Shown piece after piece: positions 1 to 9,141 of a stretch of DNA of 64,000 nt. How positions within the stretch are numbered: position 1 is the stretch's first letter; each line of letters opens with the position of its first letter. The translations under genes and the position numbers were made by a program. The stretch is from NCBI GenBank assembly GCA_051252375.1, contig JBPOFY010000012.1, positions 10,675 through 74,674 on the forward strand, given 5' to 3'. The notes under the pieces were generated by a model that ran no database searches, was not told the origin of the DNA, and saw only the letters and a list, made by a program, of their open reading frames with translations. This DNA comes from Opitutaceae bacterium (GTDB taxonomy: Bacteria > Verrucomicrobiota > Verrucomicrobiia > Opitutales > Coraliomargaritaceae).

Positions 1-701
1 GTGAGCAGTGACTTTACGAAAGTGTCGTAGGGGACGTTGTTACGTATCTGCTCTTTGATCCAGGGGACATAATAAATGCCGCCGTGTTGGGAGCCGTCAC
101 GACCGATCGATCGCGCGCGTAGGACGTCTGCCCATAGGTTGAAATTGTGGCTCACATAGCCGGGAGAATCGAGGAGCTTGTCGACGAGCTGGGTGCGCTT
201 GTAGGGGTTCTCGTCGTTCAAGAAATGCACGGCTTCCGCATGTGTGGGGATGCGCCCGATGATTTTTAAATAGCTGCGGCGTAGATAGGTGGCGTCGTCA
301 ATGAATGGTTTCGGTTCAACACCTTTTTCCTTCCAGTAGTTAGCTAGTATACTATCGATTCGTGTGCTCGCATTGAAGTGCTTTGGATCCTTCTCTACCG
401 GGGCAATCGAAGTCGCTTCTTCGATGCCGAGGTATTTATATTTGGTGAGTCGACCTGCGGCGCTCTCTGCCAGAATGAATTTTTGGTCCTTCTTTGAGAA
501 GGCTTTGAGCTCTAATGGGTAGAGCTTCTTGTCAACGTGACGGCGAATCGTAATCGTGTCGCCGTCCATGGAGTGTAGGTCGGCGTCTAATGTTACCCCC
601 TCTGCATTTGTAAAGACCCGTGCCTGAGCAGAGCTGCACAATAGGATGGAGGTTACTAGGAAGATGCTTCGCTTGATAAAGGATCGGATTTGGTCGCTCA
701 T
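1..701 (-). CDS. DUF1549 (PSCyt2)-type domain protein, N-terminal part; 3' end lies beyond the window start
   Basis: Truncated, so absent from the ORF track. Manual reverse translation from the ATG (complement of 699-701) gives a signal-like MSDQIRSFIKRSIFLVTSILLCSSAQA and stays open to base 1. It ends ...LWADVLRARSIGRDGSQHGGIYYVPWIKEQIRNNVPYDTFVKSLL, which resembles the start of DUF1549 domains common in Planctomycetes/Verrucomicrobia. Confidence 0.6.
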   Translation of the reverse strand, partial: MSDQIRSFIKRSIFLVTSILLCSSAQARVFTNAEGVTLDADLHSMDGDTITIRRHVDKKLYPLELKAFSKKDQKFILAESAAGRLTKYKYLGIEEATSIAPVEKDPKHFNASTRIDSILANYWKEKGVEPKPFIDDATYLRRSYLKIIGRIPTHAEAVHFLNDENPYKRTQLVDKLLDSPGYVSHNFNLWADVLRARSIGRDGSQHGGIYYVPWIKEQIRNNVPYDTFVKSLL

Positions 702-912
702 GATCATCTTTGGGTGGGGTGGTTTGAGAACAGTAGATGGTTGTGTAATATTATCCGAAAATCGCCGGATTTAATATCCCGTATTTGCGGCATCATAGAA
801 AGGATATCGTTGATTATATGCTATTGTTTCGCAAACATTTGTAAATGTTCGGGAGCAGATTTGGCAGGCTGCTTACAAATATGACTAAGATGCGGAATTG
901 GTTGGTTGATTT

Positions 913-1305
913 ATGATGAGTGAGGACGATATTCCAGATTTGGCCCCCTATGAGGATGAGTGGACGCCGCGCATACAGCGGATTGAGAAACTTGCGGAGT
1001 TGCTGGATTCGAAATTCACGATCCCAGGCACGACGATCAAGTTTGGCTGGGATGCCATCATTGGATTGATTCCGGTGGCGGGCGATACGCTGACTGTGTT
1101 GCCCCAGTGCTATTTGCTGTATGAAGCAATTCGCTTGAAGGTGGGTTACAAGGTCCTAGCTCGGATGCTTCTCAACGTATTGATCGACTGGTTGATCGGT
1201 GCGATTCCTGTGCTTGGTGATGTGTTGGACGTGGCTTTTAAGAGCAATGTGATGAATGCCAAATTGGTGGCGGAGGCGATGCGAGAGAAGCGTGCGGATC
1301 TGTGA
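913..1305 (+). CDS. DUF4112-like small membrane protein
   Basis: 130-aa ORF. The duplicated motif FGWDAIIGLIPVAGD ... DWLIGAIPVLGD is typical of DUF4112. Confidence 0.65.
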   Translation: MMSEDDIPDLAPYEDEWTPRIQRIEKLAELLDSKFTIPGTTIKFGWDAIIGLIPVAGDTLTVLPQCYLLYEAIRLKVGYKVLARMLLNVLIDWLIGAIPVLGDVLDVAFKSNVMNAKLVAEAMREKRADL

Positions 1306-1464
1306 TTTTTGAGTGGGGTGATTTTAAGACAGAATAATTAGGGACAGAATTATTGGGAGAATAGTGGCAACGTGGGCGGATCTTTGAGTGGCGGAGTTGG
1401 TTGTGGAGTTGGTTGTGGGTAATCTGGCTTGCGGGGCGCGGCAGATGCTTTCAGCTTTGTGGGT

Positions 1465-2253
1465 ATGCCGAAGATTTTATTTCTTGGAGACATTGTTGGA
1501 CGACCGGGGCGTGCTTTTGTAAAAGAGCGCTTGGCTTCGCTGCGTGAAGAAACAGGAGCGGACTTCGTGATCGCGAATGCGGAGAACTCGGCGGGTGGCG
1601 CGGGCATCACTAAAAAGATTGCCGACGAGCTCACGGCTGCAGGTGTGGATGCGATTACATTAGGTGACCACGTTTGGGATCAAAAGAATTTTGAAAATGA
1701 GATCGGTGAACTGGAGACGGTTTGTCGACCTGCGAATTTACCGGAGCAAAACCCTGGACGCACGCATGTGGTGATTGAGAAAGACGGTTTTCGCGTCGGC
1801 GTGTTTACTGTGCTGGGGCGTAACTATCTGACTTTAAAATCGAGCTGCCCGTTTCAGATGGCGGATGCGAAGCTTGCGGAGTTAGCCGATCAATGTGACG
1901 CGGTTTTTGTGGAGTCACACATGGAAGCGACTTCTGAGAAGATTGCATTAGGTTGGCATCTGGATGGGCGTGCTGCGGCGGTGGTGGGCACGCATACGCA
2001 TGTGCCGACGGCCGATGGTCGAGTGCTGCCAAATGGCACAGCCTATTTGAGTGATGCCGGTATGTGTGGACCTTACGAAGGTGTGCTTGGGCGAGATTAC
2101 AGCCAAGTGATCGCGAGTTTTCTAGATGGTATGAAACGTCGTTTCCCTGTGGCGGAAGGCGATGTGCGTATATGCGGTTGTTTGATCGATGTCGATCCAG
2201 CGACCGGATTGGCGCTCAGTTTTGAGCGGATCGAAGTCGCGCAGATGTCTTAA
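1465..2253 (+). CDS. ymdB: YmdB-like metallophosphoesterase (TIGR00282 type)
   Basis: [16 protein letters not shown]..., [28 protein letters not shown]. The track ORF starts at a TTG (1429); the ATG at 1465 fits the family N-terminus. Confidence 0.85.
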   Translation: MPKILFLGDIVGRPGRAFVKERLASLREETGADFVIANAENSAGGAGITKKIADELTAAGVDAITLGDHVWDQKNFENEIGELETVCRPANLPEQNPGRTHVVIEKDGFRVGVFTVLGRNYLTLKSSCPFQMADAKLAELADQCDAVFVESHMEATSEKIALGWHLDGRAAAVVGTHTHVPTADGRVLPNGTAYLSDAGMCGPYEGVLGRDYSQVIASFLDGMKRRFPVAEGDVRICGCLIDVDPATGLALSFERIEVAQMS

Positions 2254-2254
2254 A

Positions 2255-4984
2255 TTATTGCTCGATCGTGGCTTGTAGTCGTAGCCCGTCGTCTTCGAAG
2301 TGAAGGTTTGCTTTAGCGCGTTTCCAGATGGGATTCATTATGGGCATGGCGGTTTCACCTCTTGGTTCTAAGGGAGAACCGAATGCGACGGACTCCATCG
2401 TTTTTAAGGTTTCATTCCATTGGTAGCCTTGCCCTCCGGGGCAAACGATTTGTTGGTGGAAGGAAGTCGCGTGGACCTCGACTGGATTTTGGCCTGGGAA
2501 GCGCATGTGCCATTCGTTGAGGATTGGTAGGGCACTCCAACTGACTGCTTGTTGTTTGCGCAATGGGCTCTCGCCGCTCCACTGCGGTAAATCTTTTAGG
2601 AAATCAAGTTGTGCAAAACCAAAGATGTGTTGAGGGGCGAGCTCTTCGGCAGGTTCTTCAGGAGCTTCCTTTGCCGCTGCTGCTCGATCCATCGCGCGGT
2701 GCAGCACTTTTTCATCTAGTGAGAGAATTAGGGCATCTTTTTGTGCGGCGTAGTAGAGTGCAATTTCGAGTTCACCAGTGATTGAATCGTCGCCGTTTAT
2801 GACGACGTATGGCTTTTCATTATGTTCGCGTGTTTCCCATCGGAGTAGTCCGGGGGCGGCTTGTTCTGAGAAGCTGCGCAGCCCTGTTAGGAAGATTGCC
2901 AATCGCGCGGTGCTTCGTGATGCGATGCGTATACCGACTGGGAATTTACCGAGGTTGTCTTCGATGTAGTCTTCGGGGTCTTCGGCAGCTTGGACGTCTT
3001 TCCAAAATGGTGTGGCATCGATGAAGATCGAGATTGATTGCCCGATCCATGCCAGAGGGTTGGCTTGAAAGCCTGGCACCATGGATTGGCTAAAGCTATT
3101 TGCCTGCATGAAGGGTGCGCTCTCGGGATCGACCGCAAAGGAGGTGAAGATCAATGCTTCGGGGTGTGCTTTGCGGGCGGGGGCGTCGAGTGTGGCGTCG
3201 CCGGCAAGTTCGATCCAGTCGTCGTATTCGCTGCCAAGGGTTAATGGGATGACGGACAGATCAACGGCATAGCTGGTTTCTGTGATTTTCAGGCTCAATG
3301 CAATGGGGTCGAAGACTCGCCAGCCGTTTTCATAGCCACGTCGCCAGCGTAGGTATCCGTCTTGTTCGACCTTGGTGACGGTCTCGATGTTCAATTCTGA
3401 ATTGGGGGTGAGGAAGGCGAGTGTGTTGTAGTGTTCGCTTTGCGCGGTTTTGCCGTCGGCTTCTATTGTGCCGACGAGTGCTTTGTAGTCATCACCGAGA
3501 GGTTGATCGTCGATAAGTCTGGCAGTTGACTCTGCGAGGACGGCTGCGGCTCGGGTGCGGCGCGATGCTCCGATGCGGACCGCGGGGCTGCCCCAGCGGC
3601 GAATGGTGGCGTCGGATAGAAAGAGAAAGGCGCTGGCGTCGTTCGCGAGTGGATAGCGTTGGCGAAAGTATTTAAATTCATCCGTGCTGGCGAGTGAGGG
3701 GCTGTCTCCCTTAGTCACGGCGGAAAGGTGTTTTAGTTGCGCAGGTGAATTGGCGACCGCGACATAGTGTTCACTTTGAAAAATGTAAGCCGAGAAGCTG
3801 CGATCTGCGGTGGTATATGCGACGGAGCCTTTGCTGAGTTTTTCAGTCGTCGCTCCGACTGCGTTGGCTTGTAGCCCGACGAAGCTAGAGATCGCGGCGA
3901 AGAGTGCCTCGGGTTGAGCGCTTTCAAAGACAACAGCGACGTCGGTTCCGGACGGGAAGAACGGATCGCCGCCTGTAATGGCGACACTCTTGATTGGCAT
4001 TTTCTCGGAGATCACATTCGGGATGCGTAGTCCCATTTGTCCTTCGTAGCGGTCGATGAGTTTCCGGTAAGGATTCGTGGTGCTGCGTGCCTCAAGTGCG
4101 GGCGCACTTTCGCTGTCGAGCGCGTCCATTGTTTGATTGAGTGCCTTGATTGAAGGAAAGAAGACCGCGTGTTGATCTTCGGGGAGGTGTGTCGCTAGTG
4201 GGTCGAGTGGCACTTCTTTAGAATGTAAGCGCTCAGACCAGTCGATGGCGCGGACAGTAATACCTTGAATGGATTTGAGTGGGATGGGGGCCTTGTCTTC
4301 TTCTTTTTCGGACTCGGCTAGTATGATGGCGCGATCGAGTGCTAGATTTTCAGCAATGGCTCGGTGCCCGCTGAATAAATTAAAGGTTTGGTTGAGATGG
4401 CTTTCTCGGCTGTTTGTAAACGGGTCGATTGGGTTTTCTGTGAGCGCCGGATCAGAAGGGTCTCCTGAAATATGGCGAAACCAGGCTGAACCTGGTATAG
4501 CAGCCTTCGATAGGCGGATATAATTGCTTTTGCGGACAGCTTCAAAAGCTTCGCGAGTGGTGGGTTCTACCGTTGTTGGGTCGAACTTGAAGGGTATGCC
4601 TCGCAATTGCGGTGTGCCAGGAGATCGCAGTATGGCCGAACCTGTGATGGTCGCTTCATTTTCCAGTCGTATGCCAACCAGTAATGAGCCTTGCCGCATC
4701 CACCAACGATTGTTGGCCTCGTCTTCATCTGGCAGTGGGAAGCCAATATATGCTTCCGCATCTGCCTGCTCGATTTGCAGGTATGGGAATTGGGCTAGAC
4801 CCAGTCCGCGCCGAGATTGCCGTTGGATTGATTGGCTGTATATCCGATCGAGGCTTGTGTCGCCCTCGACTTCAAATTGCAGGTTTCGCACTTCGACCAC
4901 GTAGTAACTTTCCGCCTGAGCGGTGCCACCAAGTGCGCATAGCGCGATTAAAACAAGAGGGGGTATACAATCACGCAGCTTCAT
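2255..4984 (-). CDS. Hypothetical secreted protein (909 aa)
   Basis: Long uninterrupted ORF with an ATG start and a signal-like N-terminus (MKLRDCIPPLVLIALCALGGTAQA). No domain recognised by eye. Confidence 0.6.
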   Translation of the reverse strand: MKLRDCIPPLVLIALCALGGTAQAESYYVVEVRNLQFEVEGDTSLDRIYSQSIQRQSRRGLGLAQFPYLQIEQADAEAYIGFPLPDEDEANNRWWMRQGSLLVGIRLENEATITGSAILRSPGTPQLRGIPFKFDPTTVEPTTREAFEAVRKSNYIRLSKAAIPGSAWFRHISGDPSDPALTENPIDPFTNSRESHLNQTFNLFSGHRAIAENLALDRAIILAESEKEEDKAPIPLKSIQGITVRAIDWSERLHSKEVPLDPLATHLPEDQHAVFFPSIKALNQTMDALDSESAPALEARSTTNPYRKLIDRYEGQMGLRIPNVISEKMPIKSVAITGGDPFFPSGTDVAVVFESAQPEALFAAISSFVGLQANAVGATTEKLSKGSVAYTTADRSFSAYIFQSEHYVAVANSPAQLKHLSAVTKGDSPSLASTDEFKYFRQRYPLANDASAFLFLSDATIRRWGSPAVRIGASRRTRAAAVLAESTARLIDDQPLGDDYKALVGTIEADGKTAQSEHYNTLAFLTPNSELNIETVTKVEQDGYLRWRRGYENGWRVFDPIALSLKITETSYAVDLSVIPLTLGSEYDDWIELAGDATLDAPARKAHPEALIFTSFAVDPESAPFMQANSFSQSMVPGFQANPLAWIGQSISIFIDATPFWKDVQAAEDPEDYIEDNLGKFPVGIRIASRSTARLAIFLTGLRSFSEQAAPGLLRWETREHNEKPYVVINGDDSITGELEIALYYAAQKDALILSLDEKVLHRAMDRAAAAKEAPEEPAEELAPQHIFGFAQLDFLKDLPQWSGESPLRKQQAVSWSALPILNEWHMRFPGQNPVEVHATSFHQQIVCPGGQGYQWNETLKTMESVAFGSPLEPRGETAMPIMNPIWKRAKANLHFEDDGLRLQATIEQ

Positions 4985-5061
4985 ACGCTTAACATGAACG
5001 AAGCGGTGGCTTTTTGAAATGTATTTTTCGCGGCCTCAGGCTGAATGTCTCTCGGTGAGGG

Positions 5062-5829
5062 TCATTGGCGTTTGGGCTTAATCGTGATCGCATCCTGACC
5101 TGCTTTCCATTCCATTTGATAGTCCTCGCAGATGCTGTCCAAGATCTGAGTGAAAGATCGATTTCTGAAGGAGTAGGAGCGTTTTTCCGGGTATGACTTC
5201 GGATTGAATAGGGGGACTAGGTTGAGGCCCTTGCCGTTATCGAGACCCTCAGTCACGGTCGCTTCAGATAGCATCTCAATGATTTTAGTTAAAGTTGCTT
5301 CATCGACCGAAAACTCGGTGATGAAAGCGTTGTCGAGGATCTCTTTTTTACGCTTTGTTTCCAAGTCTCTAAGCCTGCGGGTTTCGGTTCGGATTTGTTG
5401 GTCGATTGCGAATTTGCGCTCAAACACCTTTTGGTAGGATGGATTTAGTTCGCTAGGAGATTGGAATATGACCACTCGACCATCTTGATAGATCCAATGT
5501 GCTCCAATTTGATTGGTCGCATAGGTGAGTATCTGATTCAGACTCAAGTTACGTAGACTGATATTTAGGTGACTGTCTTGGACTGATTTGGAGGCGACGA
5601 CCTCAACACCATGCCCTTGCATGGTTTCTATAAATGCGGGGATGGGGGTCTTATCGAACTTGATCGATGGGATTATTTTTGAGCCTAGCTCTACCGGAAG
5701 CACATAGGGTTCCATTTGAGCTTGTAGCCGTTCGAGTTCAGGTGATGTGACTTGCGCACCTAGTGTGGGCAGGCTTGCGAGTATCCATACTAGCAGGCTG
5801 AAGCTTAGGATGGATAACTTCCGGTGCAT
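5062..5829 (-). CDS. Hypothetical secreted protein with two STN-like (secretin/TonB N-terminal-like) repeats
   Basis: Signal-like N-terminus. Two similar units (...LSLNQILTYATNQIGAHWIYQDGRVVI / ...RSFTQILDSICEDYQMEWKAGQDAITI). The domain call is by eye only. Confidence 0.55.
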   Translation of the reverse strand: MHRKLSILSFSLLVWILASLPTLGAQVTSPELERLQAQMEPYVLPVELGSKIIPSIKFDKTPIPAFIETMQGHGVEVVASKSVQDSHLNISLRNLSLNQILTYATNQIGAHWIYQDGRVVIFQSPSELNPSYQKVFERKFAIDQQIRTETRRLRDLETKRKKEILDNAFITEFSVDEATLTKIIEMLSEATVTEGLDNGKGLNLVPLFNPKSYPEKRSYSFRNRSFTQILDSICEDYQMEWKAGQDAITIKPKRQ

Positions 5830-5841
5830 TATCTGAATTTG

Positions 5842-6102
5842 TTACACGTCAATCGTGACGTCGGCGTCGCCCTTTGGCTGGCAGCAGCAAAGTAGGGCGT
5901 GACCTTCGTCCGGCTCACCAGTGTGGCCGTTCGGGTATTCGACTTCGCCGGAAGTGACCTTTTGTTGGCAAGCCGTGCAGTTGCCCATGCGGCATCCGTA
6001 GTCGAGGTCGAGGTCGTTGGCCTCAGCTAGTTCTAGGATGCTTTCTTCGTCGCCTGTCCACTCGAAAGAGGCGCCTGATTTTTTAAAAATGATTTTTGCC
6101 AT
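5842..6102 (-). CDS. 2Fe-2S ferredoxin (plant/adrenodoxin-like fold)
   Basis: Cys pattern [10 protein letters not shown] ... LLCCC. The likely start is MAKIIFKK (6102) rather than the track start at 6117. It lies 12 nt upstream of the next minus-strand gene. Confidence 0.7.
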   Translation of the reverse strand: MAKIIFKKSGASFEWTGDEESILELAEANDLDLDYGCRMGNCTACQQKVTSGEVEYPNGHTGEPDEGHALLCCCQPKGDADVTIDV

Positions 6103-6167
6103 ATAGCAGAGAGGCAATTGTTGAATGGGAGGAATGCAAACTGATTGTGCAAAACTCGCGTTTTTCA

Positions 6168-6289
6168 GGAGTTAGAAGAAAGGGGGTAGAATTTGGAAGA
6201 AGGAGCGGGTTGTGATTAAAAGTCAGATTTGTGGATGCGATGGCTGTATTAACTTCTAACTTCTTCTTTCTTCCTTCTAACTTCTTTCC
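6168..6289. repeat. Purine/pyrimidine-rich palindromic element with 7-nt periodic arms (divergent relative of family A)
   Basis: The left arm GGAGTTAGAAGAAAGGGGGTAGAATTTGGAAGAAGGAG is partly complementary to the right arm TTAACTTCTAACTTCTTCTTTCTTCCTTCTAACTTCTTTCC. The right arm has a 7-nt period (AACTTCT/TCTTTCT/TCCTTCT). Confidence 0.4.
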
Positions 6290-6290
6290 C

Positions 6291-6521
6291 ATGTCCAAGA
6301 TACGCCAAATTGATTATACCACTCCGCGCACACTGGTTTCCTACAGTGGGAAGCGCACGATTCGGATGACGGGGGAGGAGAATCGCTATAAATTCTCGGG
6401 AATCTTGATCGCTGGAGAGGAGGACGAATTCGCTAAAATCGGTGAGGAGCGCAAAGATTGGCAGAAAAGCGCGTTTCCACTACCTTGGACAGATTCACCC
6501 GATGTGGTGCGACCTGATTAG
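6291..6521 (+). CDS. Hypothetical small protein (76 aa)
   Basis: The ATG at 6291 lies directly after the repeat arm. The upstream part of track ORF 6231..6521 (SNFFFLPSNFF) is a translated repeat. No homology recognised. Confidence 0.3.
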   Translation: MSKIRQIDYTTPRTLVSYSGKRTIRMTGEENRYKFSGILIAGEEDEFAKIGEERKDWQKSAFPLPWTDSPDVVRPD

Positions 6522-6624
6522 AAATTCTGCTTCTCCGCGCTTGACAGTCGGGTGAAGAGTCCCTTTTTTCCTCCCTTTTCCAAAATCCGGCCCTAGGCCC
6601 TGACATCTATAGAAACTTTTCATT

Positions 6625-6945
6625 ATGGCACTTAAAATCCGTCTCCAACGTCATGGCGCAAGCCACCGTCCTTTTTACCGCATGGTTGTTACCGAAGCAC
6701 TTGCTCGTCGTGACGGCCGTTTCGTCGAAGTGCTTGGCACTTACGAGCCTCAAGCTAAACGCTCTGAGGACGAAGTGAAGATCAAGCTTGATCGCGTTGA
6801 TTACTGGAAGTCTGTAGGTGCCAAGGCAACTGACACAGCTGCCAGCCTTATCCGTAAGGCACGTCGTGAAGCTCCAGCAGAAGTTGAAGCAGAAGCCGCT
6901 CCAGCAGCAGCCGAAGCTCCAGCAGCAGCTGAAGCCGAAGCGTAA
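6625..6945 (+). CDS. rpsP: 30S ribosomal protein S16 with an Ala/Glu-rich C-terminal tail
   Basis: MALKIRLQRHGASHRPFYRMVV...DGRFVEVLGTYEP is the canonical S16 N-terminus. Confidence 0.95.
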   Translation: MALKIRLQRHGASHRPFYRMVVTEALARRDGRFVEVLGTYEPQAKRSEDEVKIKLDRVDYWKSVGAKATDTAASLIRKARREAPAEVEAEAAPAAAEAPAAAEAEA

Positions 6946-6985
6946 ATCATTTTTCCCGAGTTCGGGAACTCGACCGATTGCTCTG

Positions 6986-7671
<686 letters not shown>

Positions 7672-7675
<4 letters not shown>

Positions 7676-8043
7676 GCCAAGCAATCCTAGAAGAAATTAC
7701 ACAAGATCAATTGAAGAGCGATCGTGCAGACTTTAAAGTCGGCGACGGCGTTCGCGTTCACCTTAAGGTTAAAGAAGGTGACAAGACACGTATCCAGATT
7801 TTTGCTGGTATCGTTATCGCTCGTAAGGGTGGTAGTCTTCAAGAAACTTTCACGGTTCGCCGTATCGCATCCGGTGTGGGTGTTGAGAAGGTGTTCCCTG
7901 TGCACAGCCCAACAATCGAGAAGGTTGAAATCGATCGCGAGTCGGTCACTATGCGTGCTCGTATGTATTACATGCGCGACCGTATCGGTAAGGCTGCTAA
8001 CTTGGTTAAAGAAAAGCGCTTGTTTGAAGCGAAAAGAAAATAA
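7672..8043 (+). CDS. rplS: 50S ribosomal protein L19
   Basis: FKVGDGVRVHLKVKEGDKTRIQIFAGIVIARKG...FTVRRI...GVEKVFPVHSP. It overlaps the trmD stop by 4 nt. Confidence 0.95.
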
Positions 8044-8064
8044 CCTGCGCTTAACTGCATTTTT

Positions 8065-8096
8065 AAAAGGTCGTCCGAGAGGGCGGCCTTTTTTGT
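8065..8096 (+). terminator. Rho-independent terminator of rpsP-trmD-rplS
   Basis: AAAAGGTCGTCCGAGAGGGCGGCCTTTTTTGT: GC-rich stem (with G-U pairs) followed by a T6 run, 25 nt after the rplS stop. Confidence 0.6.
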
Positions 8097-8190
8097 GTTT
8101 GGAGATTTGCGTGTGATGCGAAACTTGACCTGATTCGTTTAACTGAGCTTAATGCGGTCATTCTACGAATGTAACTTAACGCACTATAAA

Positions 8191-8874
8191 ATGGATTGGT
8201 ATTACTCAGACGGTCAAAAGCAACAGGGTCCGATATCGGAAACAGAATTTAACGCTTTAGTGGAAGCGGGCTTGGTCCAACCATCTACGATGGTGTGGCA
8301 TGAAGGCCTCGGGGATTGGCAAACACACGGCTCGCTTACCGGAGTGAGTGAGCCGGCGAAAGTGCCATCGTTGAGTGAGTCGATTTCGGTGACGAGGACT
8401 CAAGATATTCGCAGAGAGGGCTCAGTCCTAGTCATGGCGAAGGGTGCGCAGTTGCCGCATCGCTGTGTAAAATGCAATAAGCCCGCTGAAGGCGAGCCTT
8501 GGACAAAGAAGCTATCCTATAATCATCCAGCGATCTACTTATTACTGCTGATTAACATTCTCGTCCTTTTAGTTGTGGCTGCATTAACCTCGAAAAAAGC
8601 GACGGTGGATGTGCCAGTCTGTGAATTTCACCGAGCTAAGGTTAAAGGTGCGATTAAGCTTTCTTGGGCATTGTGCCTCAGTGCGATTGTATTGATCGTT
8701 TGCGCGATCGGAATGGAGTCCGGCGGGCTCGGGCTGTTTGGTTTTGTTACTTTATTAGTGGGAATCTTTGTCGGCATCGGCCGCGGGCGTCTCGTGTATG
8801 CGAGTAAGATCGACCAAGACCATGTGTGGATGAAGGGTGTTTGCCCTGAATACCTCGACGAGTTGTCGAGGTAG
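8191..8874 (+). CDS. GYF_2 (DUF4339)-domain membrane protein
   Basis: MDWYYSDGQKQQGPISETEFNALVEAGLVQPSTMVWHEGLGDWQ is a typical GYF_2 domain, followed by three hydrophobic segments. ATG 8191 is preferred over 8152. Confidence 0.7.
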   Translation: MDWYYSDGQKQQGPISETEFNALVEAGLVQPSTMVWHEGLGDWQTHGSLTGVSEPAKVPSLSESISVTRTQDIRREGSVLVMAKGAQLPHRCVKCNKPAEGEPWTKKLSYNHPAIYLLLLINILVLLVVAALTSKKATVDVPVCEFHRAKVKGAIKLSWALCLSAIVLIVCAIGMESGGLGLFGFVTLLVGIFVGIGRGRLVYASKIDQDHVWMKGVCPEYLDELSR

Positions 8875-8929
8875 TAAAATTGGAGGCGCATAGTTATTTA
8901 CTAAGGGAGGTTGCATAGCCGGTATTCTT

Positions 8930-9027
8930 GGAGGGCAATGCTCCGTCATTGCCGTTCGTGGGCGGCGCTCGAACTTCTCTCTCTCTGCAGGTCATACGTG
9001 CGGAAACGACGGAGCGTTTCCCTCCAG
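8930..9027. repeat. Family C palindromic element, copy 1 (outer GGAGGG/CCCTCC stem plus two inner hairpins)
   Basis: GGAGGGCAATGCTCCGTCATTGCCG ... GCGGAAACGACGGAGCGTTTCCCTCC. Each arm is itself a hairpin (GGCAATG/CATTGCC; GGAAACG/CGTTTCC). A second copy lies at 50114-50196. Confidence 0.6.
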
Positions 9028-9141
9028 TGCCTCAACGATTAATTCTTTAAACCTCGATTTAATGAAGGCGTTTTCGGCGGATCGCTATCGAACCAGTAAA
9101 ATATGAGACGTGCACAAGCTGAGGGAAATAGCCCTAGCTGT

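Noticed and set aside
690-884. 64-aa ORF in the AT-rich gap between the DUF1549 gene and the DUF4112 gene
   Set aside because: It overlaps the start of the minus-strand gene, is Cys/Ile-rich and low-complexity, and is more likely promoter DNA.
1393-1416. Perfect 12-bp tandem duplication GGAGTTGGTTGT x2 upstream of ymdB
   Set aside because: There are only two units and no evident function. It is probably a slippage duplication and is noted only for completeness.
6818-6985. N-terminal 56-aa extension of the trmD ORF (MPRQLTQLPALSVRH...QQQPKLQQQLKPK)
   Set aside because: It overlaps the rpsP coding region out of frame and is a low-complexity read of the rpsP Ala/Glu tail. TrmD homology starts at MHLEFDILTLFPE (ATG 6986).
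7724-8116. 130-aa + strand ORF in an alternative frame of rplS
   Set aside because: It lies almost wholly inside the well-supported L19 gene and its terminator, and has no recognisable motif.
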